Part shown: piece by piece, positions 49,883 to 63,665 of the stretch
Layout: each line of letters opens with the position of its first letter
How positions within the stretch are numbered: the stretch's first letter is position 1
From: Octopus bimaculoides
Taxonomy: Eukaryota
Assembly: GCF_001194135.2 (NCBI RefSeq)
Contig: NC_068985.1
Span: 6,746,609 to 6,810,608, forward strand
Reading direction: 5' to 3'
DNA length: 64,000 nt
The notes under the pieces: generated by a model
Databases searched by the model: none
What the model was told of the DNA's origin: nothing
What the model saw: only the letters and a program-made list of their open reading frames with translations
Made by a program: the position numbers and the translations under genes

Positions 49883-51329
49883 NNNNNNNNNNNNNNNNNN
49901 NNNNNNNNNNNNNNNNNNNNNNNNNNNNNNNNNNNNNNNNNNNNNNNNNNNNNNNNNNNNNNNNNNNNNNNNNNNNNNNNNNNNNNNNNNNNNNNNNNNN
50001 NNNNNNNNNNNNNNNNNNNNNNNNNNNNNNNNNNNNNNNNNNNNNNNNNNNNNNNNNNNNNNNNNNNNNNNNNNNNNNNNNNNNNNNNNNNNNNNNNNNN
50101 NNNNNNNNNNNNNNNNNNNNNNNNNNNNNNNNNNNNNNNNNNNNNNNNNNNNNNNNNNNNNNNNNNNNNNNNNNNNNNNNNNNNNNNNNNNNNNNNNNNN
50201 NNNNNNNNNNNNNNNNNNNNNNNNNNNNNNNNNNNNNNNNNNNNNNNNNNNNNNNNNNNNNNNNNNNNNNNNNNNNNNNNNNNNNNNNNNNNNNNNNNNN
50301 NNNNNNNNNNNNNNNNNNNNNNNNNNNNNNNNNNNNNNNNNNNNNNNNNNNNNNNNNNNNNNNNNNNNNNNNNNNNNNNNNNNNNNNNNNNNNNNNNNNN
50401 NNNNNNNNNNNNNNNNNNNNNNNNNNNNNNNNNNNNNNNNNNNATATATATATATATATATATATATACACATGGGTGTGTGTTTGTGTGCATATATATG
50501 TGTGAATATATATGTGTGTGTGTATGTGCGTGAAAGTGTATGAATGTGTTTATGTTTATATTTATTTATGAGTGTATATGTATTATGACAGATGAAATTA
50601 GAAAGAGAGATAATATGTAATCATAAAACCATCTTCACGACTGGTGATTGAACAATTACATGAAGTCGTGAAGTCCCTACAGATATTTATTTACGTTTCA
50701 TTATGTTATGTTGTTTTCTCTGTAATTAATTAGTTAAGTCTAAACATATAAGAATTATGTCTATCTCGAGATAATGACAAATGTCATGGCATTCAATTTA
50801 TACTGGAAGGAGAGGTAGCATTTGAATAGATTTAATTTAATATATATCTGCATGTTAATTAAGTAAAGTAATTTAAAGTATTAATTTAACTGATTATATA
50901 TTTCTAGAGATACATGATAACCATATGTGTGTGTGTGCGCGTGTGCGTGCATACATTTATATATATGTTGCGGAATGGAGTAGATAAGATATTGGTTACA
51001 TATGTGTTTCAGACTGAGCAGAACCTCAGAAGTGATAGATATTTTCCGTGAAATATAAAAAGAACTTCTATCAGTTTATCGTGCATCTATACGGGAAAAA
51101 TCCACAAACTTCCGTCTCAAATAAACAACTATTGTTCCCCAAAGAAATACTACAATATCTATTTCAAAACACGATTTCACATCAGTAATCTTGTAATATT
51201 CAATATATACAATATAAACATATTTATGTATATGGATATATGCATGTGTTTATAAAAGTATGTATTTATACGATATTATAAACAACATTATCGCCTTTGT
51301 CTAAGCTGTCTTTAACTTCCTCCGTTTAG

Positions 51330-51440
51330 TAGATTCGACTTTGCCTTTCATCATTTCGCTATCGATACAATAATTACCTGTTGAACACTGGGGTTGATCT
51401 AATCCACTTATCCTTCTCTCAAAATTAATGGTCTAGCAAA
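51330..51440 (+). mobile_element. SINE family B core fragment
   Basis: TTCGACTTTGCCTTTCATCATTTCG...CACTGGGGTTGATCTAATCCAC. Confidence 0.65.
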
Positions 51441-54400
51441 GACTTTTGTAGCCAATATTACAATATATGGTTACTATAATCGTTATGAGGAGAATAAAAT
51501 TTCAAATGTCTCCTTGCATATTCACAGTGCCGTTAAATCTTATTAGAACGAAGTAATTCGATAAGCTTCTAAGTAGGGGCTTTTGTTGATTCCTTTGGAA
51601 TGTCTCCCGTGGGGAGCTGAAAGAAGGTAAATGCTTTTCTTTTTTGAAATCATTTCTTTCATTATTCATACTTTCCTATGTGTGTTCATTGATAGTTCAT
51701 CTTCAATCCTGTAACCACTTTCCGTTATTATGACAGCCAAGCGGATAATTAATCACCCGTTGCTAGCGCAATGACCAGTCACAAAACAACCGAACTAAAT
51801 ATTTTAATTCATCCCGGCAGACCCGAGCAAGATTGTCCAAATCCCATTCTATAGGGATTCTGGACACCATCGCTTTTTAGAGGTGATCGCGGTAAAAACC
51901 CATGTTTCAAGTGTATTGCGTCTCTTTAAGCAAATCAAGATATGGATGTATAAATCTAAACAAATGTTGTGTTTTTTTTTTGTTTATTATTTTTTGTATT
52001 AACTAGAAATTGCCAAACCAATTGCTTCGAACGGTCAGCCAAAGAGAAATCACACGTCCACATTGAATGAATCCAATAGCAAATATAATTATATGTTATA
52101 GACCGGGAGTATACTGATCTTTATCGTATTTGGACTTTGAAGTATTCTTTCTCCAGGTAGTCGTTGTGTCTTCACAAGACACTCAGTTTATTAGTAAAAG
52201 AAACCTTTGCGATACCTTGATGTTTTGACTGGGCTGTGTCTCTCAGTGCAAACCTACCACCTTATTATTGGATGTATATAAACGTATTGACATTTTTTTT
52301 ATAGCAATAAGCATATCAAAAATCATTATCTGATGGCCACTGAATCCGTCTAACCGATACAATTTATGAACATACGAAATTATGTGCGTGTAAAATTTAT
52401 GTACTGAGCACAAGCAGGAAAACGATGATATATCTATTCAGATATCAGATATCTACACTGAAGCACGTGAATCAAAAGAATATCCTATCAATATATTCCT
52501 AGTTCTTTCTCGGTATCTTGAACGTTAATATACTGATCGCTGTTTCTCCACTTAGACGAGGTTTATGCACCGTGCATTCTATATATTGTCGCCAGGGACG
52601 GGGTGATTCGTTGCGTTACTGTGTTCTGGTATGGTCGTGTCTCTTCAGTATAAAATATGTTCCGGATAATAATTCAAACGGTGTAGTTTGAATTATTACC
52701 CGGTGTAGCTTATTGAAAAAAAAAACAGCAAGCAAGATATCTTGTGATGCGTGTTGATCATAGTCAATATCATCACTTGCCCGCAGCACAGATAGATACA
52801 ACACAATCACATATATCTTCGTTCTTATTTAGGGACTACCAGAGCAGATCATGAATTACAAAGCTCTATTCTATTTTGCCTTAGAACATCTACTTCATGT
52901 AGACGAATTTCATTTCATAACATGTTCTATTCATGAACGTCAAAAGACAATGGGCTACTACAGAGTTTTGCCCTGGATGTGTCAATTAATTCCAAACAAT
53001 TAATTAATCTAACCAAGATTGAGGACCATGGTTCAAATAAATCAACAAACACATTATTTGTCTATGTGTGTTGAGGAGTTCCAAAAGAATGACTCATAAC
53101 GTACACACAAAAACAGAGAAATTTAAACATTGACGTACCTATCCATTCTTTATACATTTTGGTAGACCCGGACGTAATTGAAATAATTGCAGTTCTGTTG
53201 GTAAAAATCGAAGAACATCTTCACGACTTAGACGATTGGTGTTGACAGCATTCTTGTTTAGTTGATATAAGTGGACATTGTAACAGCGAAAAGCTAAACA
53301 AAAGGACCTAATTTATAGAAAGAAGTAAGCTATTTGCTGATATTCGTTGATGATTCACCATCCAATATCATTTTATTAGAGAAATTCAAATCGATGAAGT
53401 AATACGCTGTGGCATCCTGAACGCATATATAGTAATCGCTGTGTTCATATAGGCTTGGGGAACATTTCTCTTCCTTTTAAACAATGTTTGTTCATCGCAC
53501 ACTCGATACATTGACAAAAGATTAATTTGTAATACTGAAGTTAAACAAGATTAGTGCACCATGTAAATAGGAATTGGAAATCAAATTATTTGCTGACGTG
53601 TGCTGATGTTAGCAAAAAGGATAATGAATCATCGCTTGCATGCAGAATAGCGAGGATAAATATGACGTATTTATTCAGTCTTAAAACAATTGTACAAACC
53701 CCATCGTGTATAAACTCATCCAATTATTGTTCTTCATCCTCTTCGGCGAACATCTATCTTAAAAAGACGGAAAGAAACTTTCATTGATGTAAAGAAAGTG
53801 TTAAGTGACTGTATTGTTTTTTGGTTGGTGTGTATTTTCCGTCAAAATTGCACCCACATTAACGGACCTAAACGTGAATACTAACATTTATTTATAGAAT
53901 TTAGCACGCACATTATTTCTCAGTCCGTGCTGAAAGCTTCCATGCCCATGATTATAGCTTCGTTGCACGCAGACAGACAGAAATAAAGCTAATTATATAT
54001 ATCTTAATCCTTAATATCTTCTAATTGAAAAGTACGGGTATTGCTAACAGTAGAATTATTTCGCCTTCCATGTATTCCCCGTCATTTAATCGAAGTGTAC
54101 TCACATGGTACTCCAGTCATTGACTTAAGACGACTTTGAGACGCCGAAGAAATTTGACCAAGTTGTGTCTGCTTTGTCAATGCTACCCTTTGATGATTGC
54201 AAGTATATAGAAGTAGTGATTCTTCTTTTGTACTATATAAACCAACAATTAAATATCTGCGTGTTGAAAGATACTACATCAGTTAATAAGTTCCTAAAAA
54301 CCCTGGAGAATATATACGATGTCGTACTTATTAATCTCTTAGTACGTTTTGACGGACACGAACGTCAATTCCTTAACCATTAGCATATTTCGAAATCAGA

Positions 54401-54589
54401 GACATCTCCCTTTCGTCGATGTTTCTTCAGAACACATTTAATACATTTACCGGGATTTGTGACACTACACAATAATATTAAGTACTGTCTCGATTTGCAG
54501 GAATCATATGGTAAGTTACCCGGTTTCTATGCTGTATAAGTAACTGACATCACACCTATACCTGCTGAACCGGACGCCATCTTGTCGAA

Positions 54590-54730
54590 GGTAATTACCT
54601 TACAGCTAAGTAGACTGGTGCAATGTGAAATAAAATGTTTTACTCAACAGCACAACGCAATGTCGGGATATGAAAACCATGATTTTGCAAACGTGAGTGC
54701 AATCACTTAATCACCAGAGCTCACACCTAA
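54590..54730 (-). mobile_element. Third SINE family (C), tRNA-like head on minus strand
   Basis: TTACAGCTAAGTAGACTGGTGCAATGTGAAATAAAATGTTTTACTCAACAGCACAACGC...CACTTAATCACCAGAGC reads as the reverse complement of a tRNA head plus a GTGTCCTTGAGCAAGACACTT-like segment; degraded, single copy here. Confidence 0.5.
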
Positions 54731-57700
54731 ACTAGAAGAATGCTCTCTCTTATGTATGAATTCAAGCACATACATTATTTGCTATTGTGCACTAACGAAA
54801 TTCACGTGCAGACAGGATAATGAGAATCAAATGAATGACGTTTCTATACATTTTTAATAAGTCTTAGCAGACGCTATCGTGAGTTTCATAGTCGTTGTTC
54901 TATTTCGTTTTTCGGAGAAAATCCGTCCCTAGAAGTTTTGTATTCACATATCATTCGAATCATTTATATAAACCCACTAAAAGAGAGAAAACATTTTAGA
55001 ATTCGTCGTCTTTTACTCAGATCTATACACTGGGCAAGGAATCTAACCAAGAGTTGCGGGTTTTCGTCGTACAATGTGCAACCAGTTTGCTAACGTGTAT
55101 CGATGTAACTTTTCAGGTGTTGGCAAAGTATATATTTATTTGATCTTAATACGTTCTGGGAGATCAGAGTCTAAACGTACTAAAGACTGTTGTATTCGCA
55201 TTTCGGAGAATGTCTCCCTTAAGGTGATTCTTGTTAAACACACTCCCTATTCTCAGATGTAAAAGAATTTTGAGGCACTGATGTGTTTCGACTTTGTTTT
55301 TTTTTTCTGTTAACGCTAACCCTGGATCAATGGATCTAAAGAAGATTAATGGCTCTTGGTAATAAAATTTTGCAAACAAATTAATTGTTGGAGCGTACTG
55401 ATGTCTGCCAAACCGATAATAATTCATCATGTGCGCGCAGAATAGCTGAAATCAAAGCACCGGTTTTTCTTTTCATTCTTAATGCGTTCTGGCAAACACG
55501 AACCTGAATATACTAGTCGCTATTGTAATTGGAATTCGAAGGTTATCCACTCCTTTTAGTCGTTGTGTGTTCACATCTCTGTTCATTCACCGAACAACTG
55601 TTTGTGATGCTGAGGTTGAGATACTGTCTGTGTCTCTTCAGTCAATGCTGCCCTTGATCAATAAAGCTAAACCAATAAAATACTTTTTTTTTAAAGGAAT
55701 CACTGAACACATTATATGCTAGGGTATGCAGAATTCATCATGTTTAGGCAAAACAGCGACAAATAAATCAGTGCTATTTCTATGCATTCTCAGAGGCTTC
55801 TGGCAGTCCAGATCAACAATATATTAATCGAGGTTTTATTTGGTCCTCTACTTACTCAATTTGGTCCTCCAACTTACTCTAGAAAAGTAACATTTTTAAA
55901 TCTCACAACGTGAGATATTCAGCAACCGTACTTTGTAGTAAAGCTTGTTTGCCAACATAACCCAGAGATCGCGATACACAGATATTGTTTTGAGCTGAGT
56001 GGGGGGTGCTAGATTCCCTTGTTCGAAGATATAAGGACACAGATCGTGTCGTATAGCCAGCCGGAGACAATGTCTTCTGGGGCTAAATTACAGCAACATT
56101 ATTCCTAAACCAGGACTGCCGTGTTATGTTGGCAAACAATTTTTACTACAACTGACTCTAGGTGTGAGTTTTCAACACAGCTTTTCGTGATTAAAAGCAA
56201 TTTGGGACCCATCAGTTGTTTGGAGGTTTCCGTTTTGTCAAACCTACCCCCACTTCGATGCACCAGAACATGTATAATGCTACGTCATTACACAAATCAA
56301 CAAAGAAGGTACAGGGACGTGCACGCGTCTGCAACAACTGATAATAATCCGGACGTATAGCATAACCGAGTTAATCGATAGTATGTCTATTCATCATTAA
56401 CCTTTGTGGCAGTCCCAGGGAGGAATATAGCAATCCCTGTTTTATTTGAACTTCGGAATACATCTTCATTTCGAATGGTGTGTATTCGCAAATCATTTGA
56501 TTTATTGACAACGGAGTTAAAGACGACCAAAGGTTTTTAGTTGTAAAAATCAGTAAATAAAACATTCACTGGTTCCCGATGATGTTTGCCAATGCTATAA
56601 TAATTCATTGCTTGCTCGAAGAACAAAGAGAATCTGATCAATAATGCACTGATTCATTCTGGCAGGCCGAGTGTACATATATATAATGTTGTTTTATTTC
56701 GTCTTCAGAGAACATCTCCTTTAAGATGTTATGTGTGCACAGAACATTCCATTCATCGACGTAAGGTGACTTTGACAGAACATTGCTTTTCAACTTTACT
56801 GTGTTTATTGAAAGTTACACCAGGAAAGACGAATCTAAACAAGATTAGTGGCTATATTTTAGCAATAAGCAGGAAACAGCTGAAGGGTGGTGATGTCTGT
56901 GAAACCGATACAAATTCATGATATGTAAGGAGAAGTGAGCAAATCCAGAAGATGATGTAACTATTAAATCTTTATACATCGTGGCAACCCTAATTGTGAG
57001 TATTTTGTTCACGGTTGCACTTCGTTTTCGACGAACATCTCACTTTGGAAGATGTGTGTTCACAACATAAGCAACGTACCAACGAAGAGCGAATTTGAGA
57101 AACCACGGTTAATAACACGTTTCGTCTTTCCACTCAAAGTCACGCAAGGAACGATGAAAACAAACAGCAAACAAATTATTTTCTTAAGCATCCTGCTGTT
57201 TGCCAAACCGATAATAACAATTTAGAAGGCGCAACAGAAAGTCAATCAAAAGAATGTTGCATCGAACCATTTATAATACATTCTAGTGGACCTGAAAGTG
57301 AATATAATAAGCGTTGTTCTATTTTCTTCGGAGATATTTTTAACAAATGTGGGCTCACAGCACACGTGATTCATTGACATAAGGGAACTTTACAGGACTG
57401 TGGGGTTTCTACCTATATTCGTCCTCCAATTAATATACTTCAAGAAGTATCATGGCAGTTCTTTAAGAAGACAAGGAAATAATTTAAAACATCTTTAATT
57501 ACCATTTGCAATTGTCTCTGTACCGCTCTGCATTGCACTCCATTGTACTAGAGTGGTACTTCATCAAACTTGCATCAATGTGTGCGTTCTTTGTGCAAAA
57601 CAGCAAATATTACGTAAATTTTTACAAACGGCTCTTGCGTGCAATGGCGTTAAGTACAGAAATATATGAATCTAATCATGTCCTAAATTCTTTTTTTTTT

Positions 57701-58176
57701 TTTTTTTCGCTTATGGGAATTACATTTTACTCCTCGGNNNNNNNNNNNNNNNNNNNNNNNNNNNNNNNNNNNNNNNNNNNNNNNNNNNNNNNNNNNNNNN
57801 NNNNNNNNNNNNNNNNNNNNNNNNNNNNNNNNNNNNNNNNNNNNNNNNNNNNNNNNNNNNNNNNNNNNNNNNNNNNNNNNNNNNNNNNNNNNNNNNNNNN
57901 NNNNNNNNNNNNNNNNNNNNNNNNNNNNNNNNNNNNNNNNNNNNNNNNNNNNNNNNNNNNNNNNNNNNNNNNNNNNNNNNNNNNNNNNNNNNNNNNNNNN
58001 NNNNNNNNNNNNNNNNNNNNNNNNNNNNNNNNNNNNNNNNNNNNNNNNNNNNNNNNNNNNNNNNNNNNNNNNNNNNNNNNNNNNNNNNNNNNNNNNNNNN
58101 NNNNNNNNNNNNNNNNNNNNNNNNNNNNNNNNNNNNNNNNNNNNNNNNNNNNNNNNNNNNNNNNNNNNNNNNNNNN

Positions 58177-58241
<65 letters not shown>

Positions 58242-58714
58242 AATAATTAATTTATCATCATCAGCTAGAACTTAACTGTCAACTGGTTTTAATTCTTAGT
58301 AGACGTTGTATAGTAGCTGCATTACATCTTTTGGTTGTGATAAGGACATATATAAATGTTGTAGCTAAATTACCATCTCATGACACCCACTGCTATTCTC
58401 TTCTCCCGGTCCAAATTATAGTTGGTGTATTTTTCTCTCTAAGTTCATTCTGCTACAGTGGTAGCAACATGTAATTCTTTCATTCTCTAATTCTGGTGAA
58501 ATATTTCCTATAAATTATAATGGAGTGTCTTGTATATTGAAAACGTATAATTTGCATCCGAATGTGGTGGTATATTTGAAATTGATGTAATGCTTGCATT
58601 GTTCGATTACACGGAGCCGCCTGAAACGGCCATAATGTATTAATACTTTCACATTCTTGTTGCTTATTTGCTTTTTATATAAATAAAGCAAAGAAGAAGT
58701 TTTAGTCGTATGTA

Positions 58715-59045
58715 TTGACACCAGTACTTACTTTTTATAAGCCTAGCACGTATTCTATCGGTCTCTTTTGCCGAACCAATAGGTCACGGGGACATAAACC
58801 CACCAGTACCGGTTGTCAGGCGGTAGTGAGGGGTTTAACAGAGACACAAAGACACATACACTTAGATAACATATACATATATATATATTTATACAACGGG
58901 ACCCTTCCAGTTTCCGTCTACCAAATCCACCCACAAGACTTTGGTTGGCCCGAAGCTGTAGTACAAGACACTTGGCCAAGGTGCCACTCAGTGGGACTGA
59001 ACCTAGGAACATGTGACTGAGATGCAAGTTTCTTACCACACGGTC
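58715..59045 (-). mobile_element. SINE family A, both halves
   Basis: TATTCTATCGGTCTCTTTTGCCGAACC ... TTTCCGTCTACCAAATCCACCCACAAG...GTGGGACTGAACC...CAAGTTTCTTACCACAC. Confidence 0.9.
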
Positions 59046-60349
59046 AAATATAACTCCACTTTTCCATCCACCTCCCCATCCTCCTCGTCCTCCTCGCTAT
59101 CATCATCAGCAGCAGCAGCATCAGATACATAAAATGTACCACTGCCAATGATGATGCAGCCATTTTTGTTTGGCTACTGTGTACAGATTACTGGAAACTG
59201 AAAACTACACACACCCTCTTCCGTCTTTGCCAGGGCTTTGTACGAGAAATTAGGAATTTCTTGCGTATAATAACCACATAGCCGAAGCCGAAATACTGCA
59301 GTTCCTTATAGCAAATTTGATGAAATGATTCTTTACTCATAAATGAGTGCCATAAATATTGTCTAGATTTTGATGCGGAATATCTTCACGACTTGATACT
59401 GACACATGTATAATTTTCTCAAATTATCAGTGTTAAACCTATCTTAGGCGATAGATAGCAATCTTGCAAGAGTGAGAAACAGTTGAGCTGAATTTGCCTG
59501 ATGTTTCTAATGATAGAAATTAATACAGGATCCATAATCTTAAATATTGTAAGTTATATATATATACAAATCAATGCCATGAAAGAGAAGCAATCGATAT
59601 GAAAATCAAATGTATGCGTATTACATAAGTCCTTTATAAGAGAATATAATACTCACTAAAATGCAACGAACGTAACAATTTTCTAATATGACATATTTAG
59701 ATAGATCACTAATATAAGATATCGCTAAGTATTCATTAAATAACCCGGAGAAACTGAAACAAATCAGGTTCCGGAGGAAATAAGATAGCGCTAAAATTCG
59801 TCAAGTCTATATGAAATATGATAGACAGGAGTAAATTATTTTACATAATTTGAAGCAATGCTACAGCATCGTTGCATTATGAATAATGTTTATTGCCGGA
59901 ACGATGTTAAAACTGCTGGTGATATCCACGTATTACAAGAGATTACACTTCATGGATTGTTAGCAATACTAAAGATAAGTTCGGATCCACTTAGAAGTGT
60001 GTCATTATAAGAGCTGCCGATTCTATGCAAAAAGAAATGAAAATCAAGATCTCTGGATTCATAGAAATAAATTGCAAGTTCTATTCACAGTGAAATATCC
60101 AGCAGCCACACAATGATTGGGAATCTGTGTTTGACAGAGTAATTACAAGGATAATGTCGCTTAAAATATGGGTCGATAGGAGCCACTGATGCTCCTAACC
60201 GCTAGAAGGTCTCTAATCAAAATGCATTTTGGTTTAAACCATGCGAAGTCTTAAAATTCGGCATTTTCTATATCGATCGCTATATCTACCGATATTTATA
60301 TCTATAAATACATATAGCTATCTGTATCTATTTCTAATATTCTCTTTTT

Positions 60350-60506
60350 CCTTGTCTTGTTTAAGTCATTTGACTGCAACCAAGCTGGAGCACCGCCTTC
60401 AGTCGAACAAATCGACCCCAGGACTTACCTAGTACTTATTCTATCGTTCTCATTTGCCGAACCGACATCAGTTGTCAAGTGACAGTGGTGGAACAAAGAC
60501 AGACAC

Positions 60507-60541
<35 letters not shown>

Positions 60542-61100
60542 NNNNNNNNNNNNNNNNNNNNNNNNNNNNNNNNNNNNNNNNNNNNNNNNNNNNNNNNNNN
60601 NNNNNNNNNNNNNNNNNNNNNNNNNNNNNNNNNNNNNNNNNNNNNNNNNNNNNNNNNNNNNNNNNNNNNNNNNNNNNNNNNNNNNNNNNNNNNNNNNNNN
60701 NNNNNNNNNNNNNNNNNNNNNNTGTTTGAGTGTCTGTGTTTGTACCCCCAACATCGCTTGACAACCGACGCTAGTTTGTTTAGGTCCCCGTAACTTAGCG
60801 GTTCCGCAAAAGAGACAAATAGAAGAAGTACTAGGCCTACAAAGAACAAGTCCTGGGGTCAATTTGCTCGACTAAAGGCGGTGCTCCAGCATGGCCACAC
60901 TCAAATGTCTGAAACAAGTAAAAGAGTAAATGTGTATATATACGGCGGGTTTCTTTCAACTTCCGTCTAACAAATCCACTCTCAAAAGCTTTAGTCTACC
61001 CGAGACTATGGTAGAAGACACTTTCCCAATGTGTCACGCAGTGTGACTGGATCCGGAATAATGTGGTTGAGAAACAAGCTTCTTACCATACAACCACGCA
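60350..61100 (-). mobile_element. SINE family A (minus) containing a nested plus-strand 3' half at 60723-60912
   Basis: Minus 3' half at 60350-60510, then (TA)n and a gap, a plus 3' half at 60723-60912, a short TA tract, and the minus 5' half at 60925-61100. Confidence 0.85.
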
Positions 61101-61624
61101 TGGGATTATAGGGAAAATTTTTTACAGTCTCCTTTTATTTTAAATGAGTAAGCAGTTATTTAGTGTGAGAAAAGCAGGTGATCTAACTTCGACGAATCAT
61201 TGTCATTTTCTCGAAAAATAACAGAAACAAAATCAGAAGTTTCAATTATCTGTTTTTTCCTGTAGGAATTTTTCAAGTTTTCGACTAATTTTACAAGTTG
61301 TCCTCTGCTATTTATGGTTTACTAACAAGCAATGCATATTCACTCAGATCACTTGAGGAAAAAACGTATAGATAACTTAAATGTAGATCGGCTGAACGGA
61401 TAATGAAAATATCATATCGTTCCGCTGGAAGAACTTAATTGTCAGTTACCAGAGTTATTATTTAAATTTATGGTTTTCCTGCAGAATTTCAGTACTGGAC
61501 AAGACGAATGCAACTGACCCTGTGAGAACAGAGATTATATCTAATTTTGAAATTCAACGAACTCGAAACAGCGAGAATGATGAATCTAGTACATACACCA
61601 TAACTCCGATATATAAATATATAT

Positions 61625-61811
61625 AGTTGGAATTTACAAAAAAAAAAAAAGGGAGACGGATTTGTAAAGAACAAACAGATGTATTAGCTTAACGCTCTCG
61701 AAGTGAGAGAGTCTTCTACGTTTCGAGCCTACACTCTTCAACAGAAAGGAACACAGAAATAAGCAGAGAGAGAAAATAAAAAATAGGGGTTAGTGGCTAG
61801 CGATCAATCAT
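61625..61811 (-). mobile_element. ~190-bp hammerhead-bearing repeat unit, copy 2
   Basis: Homologous to 12703-12896. Minus strand CCTTT-CTGTTGA-A-GAGT[GTAG]GCTC-GAAA-CG-TA-GAAGA at about 61712-61749. Confidence 0.7.
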
Positions 61812-61819
61812 GTGTGTCC

Positions 61820-61852
<33 letters not shown>

Positions 61853-61917
61853 TGTGTGTACATATACATACAACTACCCTTATGTATATAAATATGTGTG
61901 TGTGTGTATGCGTGCAT

Positions 61918-62110
61918 ATGTTTGTGTCTCCAACATCGCTTGACAACCGATGCTGGTGTGTTTAGGTCCCCGTAACATTAGCGGTTCACCAAAAGAGACC
62001 GATAGAATAAGTACTGGGCTTACACAGAATAAGTCCTGGGATCGATTTGCCCGACTAAAGGCGGTGCTCCAGCATGGCCGTAGTCAAATGCCTGAAACAA
62101 GTAAAAGAGA
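61918..62110 (+). mobile_element. SINE family A, solo 3' half
   Basis: CCAACATCGCTTGACAACCGATGCTGGTG...GGCGGTGCTCCAGCATGGCC...CTGAAACAAGTAAAAGAG, preceded by (TG)n with no 5' half. Confidence 0.9.
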
Positions 62111-62147
62111 GAGGATATATATATGTGTGTGTGTGTGCGTGTATTTA

Positions 62148-62265
62148 TCATGTATGTATGTATGTATGTATGTATGTATGTATTTATGCATGCATGTATG
62201 TATGTATGTATGTATGTATGTATTTATGCATGCATGTATGTATGTATGTATGTATGTATGTATGT
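62148..62265. repeat. (TATG)n array with a duplicated TATTTATGCATGCA interruption
   Basis: Direct inspection. Confidence 0.95.
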
Positions 62266-63496
62266 AGATATACATACTGAGAGAGAGGATGGGAAGGAGA
62301 TAGATCCCTAGATAGATAGATACCAACATACACACACACGCATACACACACATGTATATATATGTAGACATATACGTATATTTATATTAACATATATCTC
62401 TATTTTGTGCATACGTTTACGTAAATATACACATACATGTGTGTATCTGTGTATATACAACAATCCCACGGAAGAATGAAGATGGTACGGTTTAATAATT
62501 TTATTCCTTATTACGATGTCGTCCAATGGCTACAATATTTTATTCCGTCAGTTAACTCATTGCTTTATACAAACCGTGCTCCGTAGAGACGAAACCGTTC
62601 CTCCAGCAGTTCGAAACGATCCTTGCCCTGAAAAAAATTTGTGAAGGAACGCCATTTTCACCTTTTCCTCTCCTGACTTTTATAATCTGTGCTAAATGTA
62701 ACAAATTGATGTTGGAATCTCCTAGGATTTAAAATTTGCAGGGAATGTTCTCGGGATTTAACCCATACGGACTGCCATTTTCTTCCTTTAACGTTCTGTT
62801 AGCCAGATTTTGCGCATGGATTGTTGACTGAGTTATTCGCCTGGATTCCTTTGTAAATGTGAAAGAATGAAAATATTGATGTTTGCAATACTTCCGATCA
62901 TGTTCTTGCATAGTCGAACGTGAAAGTGACAATTTCCTGTGAGTTATCCCACTGGAGAATGGCATACTACTGTTCCTACTAAATACATGTAAACAACACA
63001 CTTTTTCCAAAAGACATGAATCAATTCCAAAACATAGCTTTTAAGCTTACTTTTCAGTGTCCTCCAATGCAATGTTCTGAACTGAAGAGACATGTTCACA
63101 TTTCTATGTGCAAAATGTCATTAAAATAAATGCACAAATATGTCTACTGATTCTCACTGTTTTGTGCAATTGGAATATTTTAATCGCAACCTGGCAAGAC
63201 ACTACAGACATCTCTCGGAATTTCTTTGCATGATTGAAGCCTACAAAGTCCAAAAGCCGGGGGATGCCTATTGCTGAAGATTAAATCGAATTAGCGTGTC
63301 TAGTAGTCCACTTGTATCCGTTGAAGGAAGTGTTTGGCATAAGCATACGACTTATACCTAGAAATCGTCCCCCGATATGACACCAATCAGAGAAGAGCCA
63401 TCTTTGCATCCGAGTGTGCAGAAATATTATTATAATGAAGGTACGCATCAGTGTCTCGATTCTCGTTGATATTTTTGTCGATAATAATATTAATAA

Positions 63497-63497
63497 C

Positions 63498-63572
<75 letters not shown>

Positions 63573-63665
63573 AAGAAGAAGAAGAAGAAGAAGAAGAAGA
63601 AGAAGAAGAAGAAGAAGAAGAGCAAAAACAACAACAACAACAAAAACAACAACAATAACAACAAT
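63497..63665. repeat. Compound (AAT)n-(AAG)26-(AAC)n microsatellite
   Basis: Direct inspection; the pure AAG tract spans 63543-63620. Confidence 0.97.

Noticed and set aside
55838-55880. Two tandem 21-22-bp repeats ATTTGGTCCTC.ACTTACTC (TTTGGTCC resembles the miR-133 5' end; CRISPR-like at a glance)
   Set aside because: Only two adjacent units, no spacers and no hairpin; a simple local duplication.
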